This document shows, piece after piece, positions 52,372-60,261 of a stretch of DNA of 64,000 nucleotides. Location of the stretch: the NCBI GenBank assembly GCA_963754315.1, contig CAVWFS010000019.1:96001-160000 (forward strand). The letters run 5' to 3'. Under the pieces are notes generated by a model. That model was not told the DNA's origin. It saw nothing but the letters and a program-made list of their open reading frames with translations, and made no database searches. Both the position numbers and the translations under genes were made by a program. The DNA comes from an uncultured Candidatus Rokubacteria bacterium (lineage in GTDB: Bacteria > Methylomirabilota > Methylomirabilia > Rokubacteriales > CSP1-6). Position 1 is the stretch's first letter, and every line of letters begins with the position of its first letter.

Positions 52372-53289
52372 TCAATCCAGATCGAGGGCGAGCAGGGTCG
52401 CCGGGTCGACCCGCGCTGCCCCCACGTGGACACCGAAGTGCAAGTGGGGACCGGTCGCACGGCCGGTGGCGCCGACGGTGCCGATGCCTTGGCCGCGCTC
52501 CACCATCTGCCCTTCGGCGACGCTCACCTTGTCGAGGTGAAAGTAGAGAGTATGCAGGCCCAAGCCGTGGTCGATGATGACAAGCCGACCGGGAAAGAAG
52601 AACTCGGCGACGAGGGCGATTCGCCCGGCATTGGCGGCGAAGACGGGCGCGCCCGTCGGCGCCGCATAGTCCACGCCGGTGTGAGGGGCTCGGGGCTGGC
52701 CGTTAATGACGCGCCGCGCTCCAAAACCGGTTCCCGGCTCATCGCCACTCACCGGCTTGACGAAACGGCCCCGCCAGAGACGCTCGGGCGTGAGCGTGCG
52801 ATAGACGGCCCTCAGGCGCTCGGTTTCCGAGCTCGCCCGGCGCTCCGTCTCAGGGTCCAGATCAACCATTCCGGACGGGAGGGTGAGGCGTTGGACATGG
52901 AAACTGCGGGCAGCCACGGTGAGCTGTCCTGCGATCCGCTGGGGCGGGCCTTCCCCGTCTCGGATCTCCAGCTGCCAGTTCCGTGGACCCGCCGGCATGT
53001 CGACATCGAGACCGATGACGGCAGCATGCCGATACCAGCCTGGATCGGGATCTCGATTTGCCGCGCCTGCAGGCGGGAAGAAGGCGAGCGGAACTCCCCC
53101 GAGCGTCCCGGTGACCATGGAGCGGGGGTGCGTCGTGATCACTTCGAAGACCACGACGTCTCCCACCCTCGGGGTGGACGGGTGCCACTCGATACGAGGG
53201 GATGAGGTCACCGATGTTGGGAACCACACGCAGAACAAAGCGAGACAGGGGGCAAGGCGATACGCGACGCCCCGGAAGGGGGCAGTCAC
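52372..53289 (-). CDS. M23 family metallopeptidase
   Basis: HTGVD, IDHGLGLHTLYFHL and ATGRATGPHLHF motifs. Confidence 0.92.
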   Translation of the reverse strand: MTAPFRGVAYRLAPCLALFCVWFPTSVTSSPRIEWHPSTPRVGDVVVFEVITTHPRSMVTGTLGGVPLAFFPPAGAANRDPDPGWYRHAAVIGLDVDMPAGPRNWQLEIRDGEGPPQRIAGQLTVAARSFHVQRLTLPSGMVDLDPETERRASSETERLRAVYRTLTPERLWRGRFVKPVSGDEPGTGFGARRVINGQPRAPHTGVDYAAPTGAPVFAANAGRIALVAEFFFPGRLVIIDHGLGLHTLYFHLDKVSVAEGQMVERGQGIGTVGATGRATGPHLHFGVHVGAARVDPATLLALDLD

Positions 53290-54173
53290 TCGGGACGTTG
53301 GCGACGCAGAAACTGCTCGATCTCCTCCACCAGCTCGGAAGCGGGCGGCAGATCGCTCGCCGCCGCCGGGGGTGGCTCTTCCTCCTCACGTTCCTTAGCC
53401 TCGAGCTTCTTGATATAGGCAGCGATCTTGGCGTTCTGGGCCACGATCTCCGTCAGGTTTTGGTCGAACTGGCGGGAGGCTTCCTGTAGCTCGCTGAGAT
53501 CGGCGGTGGTGTCCAGCAGACCGAGCACGCGGCGCACGAGAGCCAGCGCCGCCTTGGGGTTCTCGATCCCGGAAATGTAGTGGGGCACGTTGGCCCACAG
53601 ACTCGCGGTGGCCAGTCCCTGGTCGCGGCAGGCCGAGTTGAGAACACCTACGATTCCGGTCGGTCCCTCGTAACGGGTCGGGCGCGTACCCAGCCGCGCG
53701 GCCAGCTCAGGATCGGACGCGCCTCCCGAAAGACGTACCGGGCGGGTGTGCGACACCTCGGCAAGGAGAGCTCCGAGGGTCAAGACCAGCCCAACCTCGC
53801 AGCGTCGGGCGAGCTCCATGACGCTCGCGCAGTAGGTCCTCCACTTGAGATGAGGTTCGGCCGCCACGCCCACGATGACATCGCGCGCCAGTCCCGTTGA
53901 CTGGGTGATGGAGAATTCCGTGCTCGGCCAGATGATCTCGCGCTCGGTCGGCGCGTCGGGCTTGAAGCGAACGTGGGGCCGGGTCAACCCGAAGTGGTAG
54001 AACTCCTCCGGTTCGATCTCCGCGAACTTTTCCGCCCGTAAGGCAGTGGCGAGATACCGCGCCGCCGTAGTGGCCGACTCCGCGGCATCGTTCCAGCCGC
54101 TGAAGGCTAGGATCATGAGTGGGCGGCGTAGCCCACTTGGCATCGCGTGGACGGTCAGATCTGCCACGGCCAA
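53286..54173 (-). CDS. PAC2 (proteasome assembly chaperone) family protein
   Basis: AFSGWNDAAESA, EPHLKW, TLGALLA..HTRP, YEGPTGIVGVL and WANVPHY motifs. Confidence 0.88.
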   Translation of the reverse strand: MAVADLTVHAMPSGLRRPLMILAFSGWNDAAESATTAARYLATALRAEKFAEIEPEEFYHFGLTRPHVRFKPDAPTEREIIWPSTEFSITQSTGLARDVIVGVAAEPHLKWRTYCASVMELARRCEVGLVLTLGALLAEVSHTRPVRLSGGASDPELAARLGTRPTRYEGPTGIVGVLNSACRDQGLATASLWANVPHYISGIENPKAALALVRRVLGLLDTTADLSELQEASRQFDQNLTEIVAQNAKIAAYIKKLEAKEREEEEPPPAAASDLPPASELVEEIEQFLRRQRPE

Positions 54174-54328
54174 CTGTCCATGATTTCAAGAACATCCACG
54201 ACGCATCCGCGCCGTTGACCCGGAGAGTCCAGCCCGCGGACCGCTTCGTGCATCTCGTCAGATGGTGGGTTCTCGCGTCGCATGCTCTCTCCCCGACCGA
54301 CGCCTGGAGTCTAGCATAGAGCGGACTG

Positions 54329-54358
54329 TTGACCTGCGACCGATGAAACCGCTAGCAT
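54329..54358 (+). promoter_or_regulatory. Putative sigma70 promoter for the lipoprotein gene
   Basis: TTGACC-N18-TAGCAT in the divergent intergenic region. Confidence 0.45.
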
Positions 54359-54395
54359 AGGGCTGGAGCTCACTACCTCGGGAGGGTGCCAGGCA

Positions 54396-54653
54396 ATGCG
54401 AATCAAGGGTCTGCGGCTGCTGCTCGTGGGGGGAGTGCTGGTAGCGGCGACGGGCTGCGCGACGGGGGAAGAGTGGCAGATCTGGCGATCCAATGGCGCG
54501 CACTTCGCCTCGGGTGATCACATGTTCTTCTCGCTCCGCAATCAACATGGAGCGAAGCCGACTGTGACGCGCAAGGACATCACGTTGGCACGTGACCAGG
54601 GCTGGTGGGGCAAGCCGATCACCGTTAACCAAGATCAGATCCTTGAGAGGTAA
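54396..54653 (+). CDS. Small hypothetical lipoprotein
   Basis: MRIKGLRLLLVGGVLVAATG-C lipobox; GGAGG upstream. Confidence 0.75.
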   Translation: MRIKGLRLLLVGGVLVAATGCATGEEWQIWRSNGAHFASGDHMFFSLRNQHGAKPTVTRKDITLARDQGWWGKPITVNQDQILER

Positions 54654-55353
54654 CCGGCTGCGCGGCGCCCTCGCCGCGCTTGCCATTGTCCTCGGCATCC
54701 TGGTCGGGCTGGATGGTGGTACCTTTGCCGCTCCGGCAGAGGACCGCATCCTCCCGGTCTCGGGATACACAACCGAGAAGGGGCGCGCGCTCGCCAAGGC
54801 GCATGCCGCCGCGCTCGGCGAGATGAATACCTACATCTACCACTGCGTCCCCTGGGTGGAAACGCTGAAGGAGAGCATCGGCTTTTTTAAACCGAAGCAT
54901 CTGACCGAAGACGATCGCTATCTCTCCATTCGGATCTTCATAGAGCAGGACCCTTCGTCGGCGTTCGCCGCCCTCGACCAGAACAATCGGGCGGCCGCAA
55001 TGTTCTCTCGCTACGTAGGCTTCCTGCTACGGCAGATGACGAAGAGCCCCGATATCTTGGCTGACCCGGCCGTGGGTGGGTTCATCACGATCCTGGAATG
55101 GCGCAAGCAGGAGGCTGGAGCGCAGGGTCGGCCTGTCCACGAGACCATTGCCGTCTATGTCCCCAAGCCCTTGGCCCAAGACTACCTCACCGGGAAAATC
55201 CCGATCGAGACGTTGGCGCAGCGTGCACTCATCATGGGCTGGGACGGTGAACGCGCCTTGGGACAGCTCAATCTTCCCGCCTGGGAGGACAATTTCGTCA
55301 CCACCTACAAGCTCCCCAACTACAAACTCGACCCGGCCGCCAAGTGTAGCTAA
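54643..55353 (+). CDS. Hypothetical exported protein
   Basis: TTG start overlaps the lipoprotein end; hydrophobic signal, then a soluble domain with coding-like composition. Confidence 0.7.
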   Translation: MRGNRLRGALAALAIVLGILVGLDGGTFAAPAEDRILPVSGYTTEKGRALAKAHAAALGEMNTYIYHCVPWVETLKESIGFFKPKHLTEDDRYLSIRIFIEQDPSSAFAALDQNNRAAAMFSRYVGFLLRQMTKSPDILADPAVGGFITILEWRKQEAGAQGRPVHETIAVYVPKPLAQDYLTGKIPIETLAQRALIMGWDGERALGQLNLPAWEDNFVTTYKLPNYKLDPAAKCS

Positions 55354-55363
55354 AGGCAGGAAC

Positions 55364-56230
55364 TCAGCTGGATCGCGAGGTCGCCTCGAGGGCGGCTCGT
55401 AGCGCTCGAGCCACCTCGATGACGGCTTGCGCTGCGGGTCGGTTCGGGGAGTCACTCAGGAACGACTGTCCCCGGTCGGCCGCCTGGGCCAGGAGCGGAT
55501 CGAACGGGACACGGCCGCAGAAAGGCACGTCGCTCTCACGAGCCATGACTGCCACGTCCGGCCCGTGGAACAGACCCGCCATGTTCTCGACCAGCCCGAG
55601 AATCCGTGCTCCCGCCTGATGAACGGCTGTGATCGATCGCTTGACGACAAGTTGCGCGAGATCAGACGGGATGGTGACGATCACCGCCCCACTGAGTCGC
55701 GGGACGAGCGCGAGCACGGTCGCCAAACGGTCCGTACCGGGCGGGAGGTCCACCACGAGGAGGTCGAGCTCCCCCCAGTCGGTATCGGCCAGGAATTCTC
55801 GTAGCGCATTGGCTTCGGTGGTGGCGCGCCACGTATGCGTTTCTTGCTGGGTGGGCGCCTCCCAGGTGAGTGGGACCACATCAGAGGGCAATAGCAGGTC
55901 CATCGACATTACCTTGATGCCCAGCGCGCTTCGAGGTGGGACCACCGCGCCGCCCGTCAACACCAGCTTGGCGCCCCTGACGCCGAGAATCTTGGCCATC
56001 GAAGGGCCGTTGAGATCCGCATCGAGGACACCCACCTGCCACCCGTCGAGCGCGAAGCATTCGGCGAGCAGGCCGCTCAGTGACGACTTGCCGACCCCGC
56101 CCTTCCCGGAGAGTACCGCCATGATGTAACGGACACGATCCAGCCGTCGACCAAGGCGCGCCCGCTGCGCCTGTACCTGACCGACGATGTTCGACCCACC
56201 GTCACCGGCAATGTCCCTGTATCGTTTCAT
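55364..56230 (-). CDS. Mrp/NBP35-like SIMIBI P-loop ATPase lacking the CxxC motif
   Basis: SGKGGVGKS, LDADLNGPS, WGELDLLVVDLPPGT and GLVENM motifs; ENM is followed directly by AGLF. Confidence 0.85.
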   Translation of the reverse strand: MKRYRDIAGDGGSNIVGQVQAQRARLGRRLDRVRYIMAVLSGKGGVGKSSLSGLLAECFALDGWQVGVLDADLNGPSMAKILGVRGAKLVLTGGAVVPPRSALGIKVMSMDLLLPSDVVPLTWEAPTQQETHTWRATTEANALREFLADTDWGELDLLVVDLPPGTDRLATVLALVPRLSGAVIVTIPSDLAQLVVKRSITAVHQAGARILGLVENMAGLFHGPDVAVMARESDVPFCGRVPFDPLLAQAADRGQSFLSDSPNRPAAQAVIEVARALRAALEATSRSS

Positions 56231-56235
56231 TCGTG

Positions 56236-56455
56236 ATGGGGGGCCCCGAAATGGCCCCCCATTCCCCCCTGCCTTCGGGGAACTCGGGCAAAGCCCGAGC
56301 CCCCCTCTACCCTTCGCCCCCCTGCCTTCGGGGAACTCGGGCAAAGCCCGAGCCCCCTCCTACCCTCGCCCCGTGCCTTCGGGACTCGGGCAATGCCCGA
56401 GTCCCTCCTCTTGTACCGCTTCGCCTCCCGTGCCCTCGCCCTGGGAAACCCGGGG
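56236..56455. repeat. REP-like hairpin array: 10-bp terminal hairpin, three ~52-bp units and a degenerate fourth
   Basis: ATGGGGGGCC-N7-GGCCCCCCAT at 56236-56262. TGCCTTCGGG(GA)ACTCGGGCAA(A/T)GCCCGAG at 56270, 56323 and 56374. Confidence 0.9.
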
Positions 56456-56479
56456 ACCTCTCTAGCGTACCTGGCTGGC

Positions 56480-56917
56480 CTAGTGTCGGGGTTGATCTCG
56501 GTGCCAGGCGGCGCGTGTTACGAAGATGAGAGCCAACAAGGTCACCATAAGGAACACGATCGCCCCCGGGCGGAAGGTGACCTCGCCTCCCCACGGCGCA
56601 GCCACGCTGCCTCCACCGCGGACGGCGCTCCTGGCCACCGCCCACACCCGCAGTGCGAGGAAGAGAGCCAGCAGCCAGGCGAAGGAGCGACGCGAAACCC
56701 AGCCTCCAAGCCGGGACCACGGTCGCCAGAGGAGCAGCGGGATCACCACGAGCGGCACCAGTCCCATGAGACCCCAGGCCACGACACTCGAGCCGGTGTT
56801 CCCCCCGCGACCGCCTGCCACACCTACACCTTGCGAGACCAGATAGAGCCCGCCTACCCAGTAGACCAGGCCGTAGACGAGATAGGCGATGGCGGCAGCG
56901 CGAAAGTGATCGCTCAC
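56480..56917 (-). CDS. Hypothetical 4-TM membrane protein
   Basis: GTG 56917 after GGAGG; four hydrophobic segments; co-oriented within the operon. Confidence 0.7.
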   Translation of the reverse strand: MSDHFRAAAIAYLVYGLVYWVGGLYLVSQGVGVAGGRGGNTGSSVVAWGLMGLVPLVVIPLLLWRPWSRLGGWVSRRSFAWLLALFLALRVWAVARSAVRGGGSVAAPWGGEVTFRPGAIVFLMVTLLALIFVTRAAWHRDQPRH

Positions 56918-56930
56918 TGGCCTCCGCCGC

Positions 56931-58310
56931 TCATCCCGAAGACCGGAAGCGACCTCCCCACTGTGCTCGTACTTCCGCAAGGAGATCTTTCGTGACGACG
57001 GGGTGCCCGTGCCGACGGGCGTAGGCCTCGACCCCTTTGACCACCATGCCGCGCGCGAAGGACGGGATCGCCTCGAGGCGTTCGCGCGCCCCGTCCTCCC
57101 AGGTTAATTCGTAGTTCACGCGCAAGCCAAAGGTCAAGGTCTCGGGAAGCTCGATCACCTGTCCGCCATGGGCGCCCGGCTGATAAGCGCAGGCGGGATC
57201 CTCAGCCAGGTAGTCACCATAGGTAGCGTAGGCTCGACACCGGCAACCTCCGCAAATCTTGGAGAACTCGCACGCACCACAGCGCCCCCCCAGTCTTGGA
57301 TCACGGAGGTCACCGAAGACACCCGCTCCGTGCCAAAGATCGCCGAAGGACGAGCTTCTCAGACTCCCCGCGGAGACCGGCATGTAGGGGCACGGAGTGA
57401 CGTCACCGTGCGGCGTGATCCGGCAGTAGTACTTGCCCGCCGGGCACGAGCCGTGGGCGTAGTTCCCCAGCAGGGGGGACGTTGGATTGAGCTGCCAGAG
57501 AATCCGCCGGAAGTGGGGAGCGCACTTGGCCCGGATCAGAAGCCCATCGGCCTGGGCTACCGGCGTTGACCAGGGATCCTCGAATGGCGACACCTCCCCC
57601 GGAGCGGGGCCACCGCCGAGCAGCCGCTGGACGAACGAGGGGCGTCCGCTGCCCACCCCTTGCTGCTCGGCGAGGTACGTCAAGATGCGCTCGTAGGCCA
57701 CCGCGTCGATATCGGTGAGGGCCTGCCCCCGCCCGGTGCGGACCAGGAAGAAGAAGTTCAGGACCTTGGCCCCGAGCTTTCTGGCGAGTTCGATCATGGC
57801 AGGGATCTCGCCCACGTTCCAGTCGGTCACCGACATGTGCAGCGAGAAGTCGAGGCCGGCATCGGTCAGCACACGGGCGGCGCGCACGGCGCCGGCCCAG
57901 GCGCCGGGCAGGCGACGAAACGCATCGTGCCGGGTGCGATCCGTGGAGTCGAGGCTGATGGACGCGCCGAGTACGCCGTGCCGGCGCATCTGGGCTGCCT
58001 CCCGCTCACGCAGCAGCACCCCGTTGGTCCCGAGCACGGTGGTGAAGCGCTTTTCGGCGGCGTAGCCCGCGATCTCGAAGAGGTCTCGCCGCAGGAGCGG
58101 TTCGCCGCCGGTCAGGATCAAGAACACGTTGGGATTGACGGTGGCGATCTCGTCGATGACCCGCCGGCACTCGGCCGTGGTCAGCTCCCCATGCGGATCG
58201 GCACCCGCGGATGCCGACATGTAACAGTGCGCGCATTCCAGATTGCACCGTTGGGTCAGATTCCACGACACCGAGTACGCCGTATATCCCGCCGCCGGTG
58301 TCTGCGACAC
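56931..58310 (-). CDS. Radical SAM-SPASM enzyme (AhbD/NirJ-like) with C-terminal PCP_red domain
   Basis: WNLTQRCNLECAHCY, TGGEPLLR and KCAPHF; SPASM CPAG...PCPY...CGACEFSKICGGCRCRA...DPAC; tail WEDGARERLEAIPSFARGMVVKGVEAYARRHG. Confidence 0.85.
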   Translation of the reverse strand: MSQTPAAGYTAYSVSWNLTQRCNLECAHCYMSASAGADPHGELTTAECRRVIDEIATVNPNVFLILTGGEPLLRRDLFEIAGYAAEKRFTTVLGTNGVLLREREAAQMRRHGVLGASISLDSTDRTRHDAFRRLPGAWAGAVRAARVLTDAGLDFSLHMSVTDWNVGEIPAMIELARKLGAKVLNFFFLVRTGRGQALTDIDAVAYERILTYLAEQQGVGSGRPSFVQRLLGGGPAPGEVSPFEDPWSTPVAQADGLLIRAKCAPHFRRILWQLNPTSPLLGNYAHGSCPAGKYYCRITPHGDVTPCPYMPVSAGSLRSSSFGDLWHGAGVFGDLRDPRLGGRCGACEFSKICGGCRCRAYATYGDYLAEDPACAYQPGAHGGQVIELPETLTFGLRVNYELTWEDGARERLEAIPSFARGMVVKGVEAYARRHGHPVVTKDLLAEVRAQWGGRFRSSG

Positions 58311-58333
58311 CGCTCCTACCTCGCTACCACCCG

Positions 58334-60235
58334 CTAGCGCGGCTTCTTGCTCGAGATATAGCCAGAAATGACCTCGTTCATCGTCTCGCGCGCGTGCCCA
58401 ATCCCATCCTCGCACACGGCCAGATCGATGACGGTGACTCCCCTGCCCGTGGCCACCCGTTCGACTTCCTCACGGGTCATGTCGCGCATGAATCCGGCCG
58501 GCACCCGATTGAGACGCGCGGTCGCCTCCTCCGTCCACGTGAACCCCGAACCGTTCGCTGCGGACGAGGGCGACGGCGCTGCCTCAAACGTGGTCTTGGC
58601 CAGCAGTGTGTCCCAACCTGCTCCCAGCTTCTCGCGTCCCACTGCATCCTCGATGATGGGCAGGGCGAGTTGACAGGTGATGACGGGAATTCGCTTGGAC
58701 CGTGCATACTTCTCGACACGGGCCTTGGCCCGGCGCCGCAGGTACGCGTCCGTCACCTCGCGCAGGGCGTCGCGGGCCTCGGCCGACCACTTCACGCTGA
58801 CGCCGGGCATCGACTCTTCCTCGGCGATGCCGCCCTCCTGGATCGCGATCGCCTCCACCACCTCCCTCGAGATCAACTGGAACTTGGCGGGCTCGGCGCC
58901 GCAGACGGGGCAGGTCACCACCGCCCGCGGACCCTTGACGGTGTACCCGCACACGGAACAGATCGCGGTGGCGGCTTGCTCTTCCGCCCGCAATTTGGCC
59001 ACCGCCAGATCCTCCGCGAGAATCTGCATGCGCTCCGCCATGCGGGTGGGCATGAAGATGGCCATCGCTTCGTCGATGACCTTGTTGGTGATCACCGTGT
59101 GCCCCTGTTCGACCGCATAGCGCAAGAGCGCGGTACGGGCGACCCCTGCCACTTGAGGCGGCACCCGCTCCATCCGCTTCTCGGCTTCCTCCGTCCAGGA
59201 GATGATCTCCTCGGCCTTCACGTCGAGGGGAGGGTAGAAGCGTCCAGCCGTCAACAGCACGTTGCACGGAGCCAGACGAAGAAGATTCTCGGTGTTGGAT
59301 CCGAGGTCGACCTCATGCTCGTCGGAGTGCACGCCGACCCGCCCGAGGATCAGGAGCCATGGCTGTTCCTTGCGGGCGAAGGTGAGGACCTTCTCGTAGC
59401 ACTTCCCGTCGAGCAAGGTGATGGCGAGGTCGACACCGTCCTCGGCGGCCAGCTTGCGCCCGATCTCCAGGTGTGACTGATAGATCTTGGCCAAGCCAGT
59501 GTCGATGATCTCCTCGTGCAGCTGCTCTTGCTCCTTGAAGCGGAAGATCTTCGAGGCCTTCTCGTTCAGGACCCCCACGATTCCGTTGAACATGGCGTAG
59601 TGCAGGTAGGGATCGTACACGGCCACCGCCTGGAGGGGACGCCGCAGAGCCTTGGCCAGCCCGATACCCAGCTTGAGACCGTGGAAGGACTGAGGTGAGC
59701 CGTCGACCCCCACCACGATGGCGCCCTGCCCGTCCGGGAGCGGCGCTGCGCTGCGCACGACGAGGGTGTCCGTGGTGACCTTGCGCACGAAGCGCTCCGT
59801 CACCGAGCCCAGTTGGCTGTCTTTCACGGCGCCCATGCCGAGGGCGCCCATCACCACCAGATCGTAGTCGGAAGCCCGACAGTCTTCGATGAGGGCCTTG
59901 TAGTGCTTGCCGTCCATCATCTTGCGCTGGTAGGGCAAGCCCGCCGCCTCCGCCTGACGACCCATGACATCGAGGTAGGAGTCCGAGATGAGCTGCAATC
60001 CCATGGCGATGAGGGAATCGTGGATCTTGCGTTGTCGTTCCAGCTCGTTCTCGTCCTTGTACTCCTCGGGCAGGGTGTACTCCATCTGCTTGAAGCGGTA
60101 GTCGTGCAGACGCGCCGCGTACACGTGACACCCGGTCAATCTCGACCCGAAGGCCCGGCCGATCTCCACCGCCAGCTCCACCGCGCGGTTCGAGTAGTCC
60201 GAATTGTCAACGGGCACGTAGATGTGCTTGAACAT
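58334..60235 (-). CDS. Multidomain protein: USP-USP-PCP_red-rubredoxin-like-PCP_red-PCP_red
   Basis: FKHIYVPVDNSDYS...DLVVMGALG...LGSVTE (USP1); IVVGVDGSPQS...LGSNTE (USP2); three W.eeA..rl..vP units; CSVCGY...CPVCGA. Confidence 0.85.
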   Translation of the reverse strand: MFKHIYVPVDNSDYSNRAVELAVEIGRAFGSRLTGCHVYAARLHDYRFKQMEYTLPEEYKDENELERQRKIHDSLIAMGLQLISDSYLDVMGRQAEAAGLPYQRKMMDGKHYKALIEDCRASDYDLVVMGALGMGAVKDSQLGSVTERFVRKVTTDTLVVRSAAPLPDGQGAIVVGVDGSPQSFHGLKLGIGLAKALRRPLQAVAVYDPYLHYAMFNGIVGVLNEKASKIFRFKEQEQLHEEIIDTGLAKIYQSHLEIGRKLAAEDGVDLAITLLDGKCYEKVLTFARKEQPWLLILGRVGVHSDEHEVDLGSNTENLLRLAPCNVLLTAGRFYPPLDVKAEEIISWTEEAEKRMERVPPQVAGVARTALLRYAVEQGHTVITNKVIDEAMAIFMPTRMAERMQILAEDLAVAKLRAEEQAATAICSVCGYTVKGPRAVVTCPVCGAEPAKFQLISREVVEAIAIQEGGIAEEESMPGVSVKWSAEARDALREVTDAYLRRRAKARVEKYARSKRIPVITCQLALPIIEDAVGREKLGAGWDTLLAKTTFEAAPSPSSAANGSGFTWTEEATARLNRVPAGFMRDMTREEVERVATGRGVTVIDLAVCEDGIGHARETMNEVISGYISSKKPR

Positions 60236-60261
60236 TCACTCCTCCCTCGCGAAGCGAATCG

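Noticed and set aside
56270..56455. CRISPR array (palindromic repeats at ~52-bp period)
   Set aside because: The linkers are only ~17 nt and resemble each other, the repeats degenerate, and no cas operon is present.
58334..59200. Photosynthesis (chlorophyll synthesis) inferred from PCP_red domains
   Set aside because: Only the small C-terminal domain is present; there are no nitrogenase-like BchN/BchB catalytic domains or other bch genes in the window.
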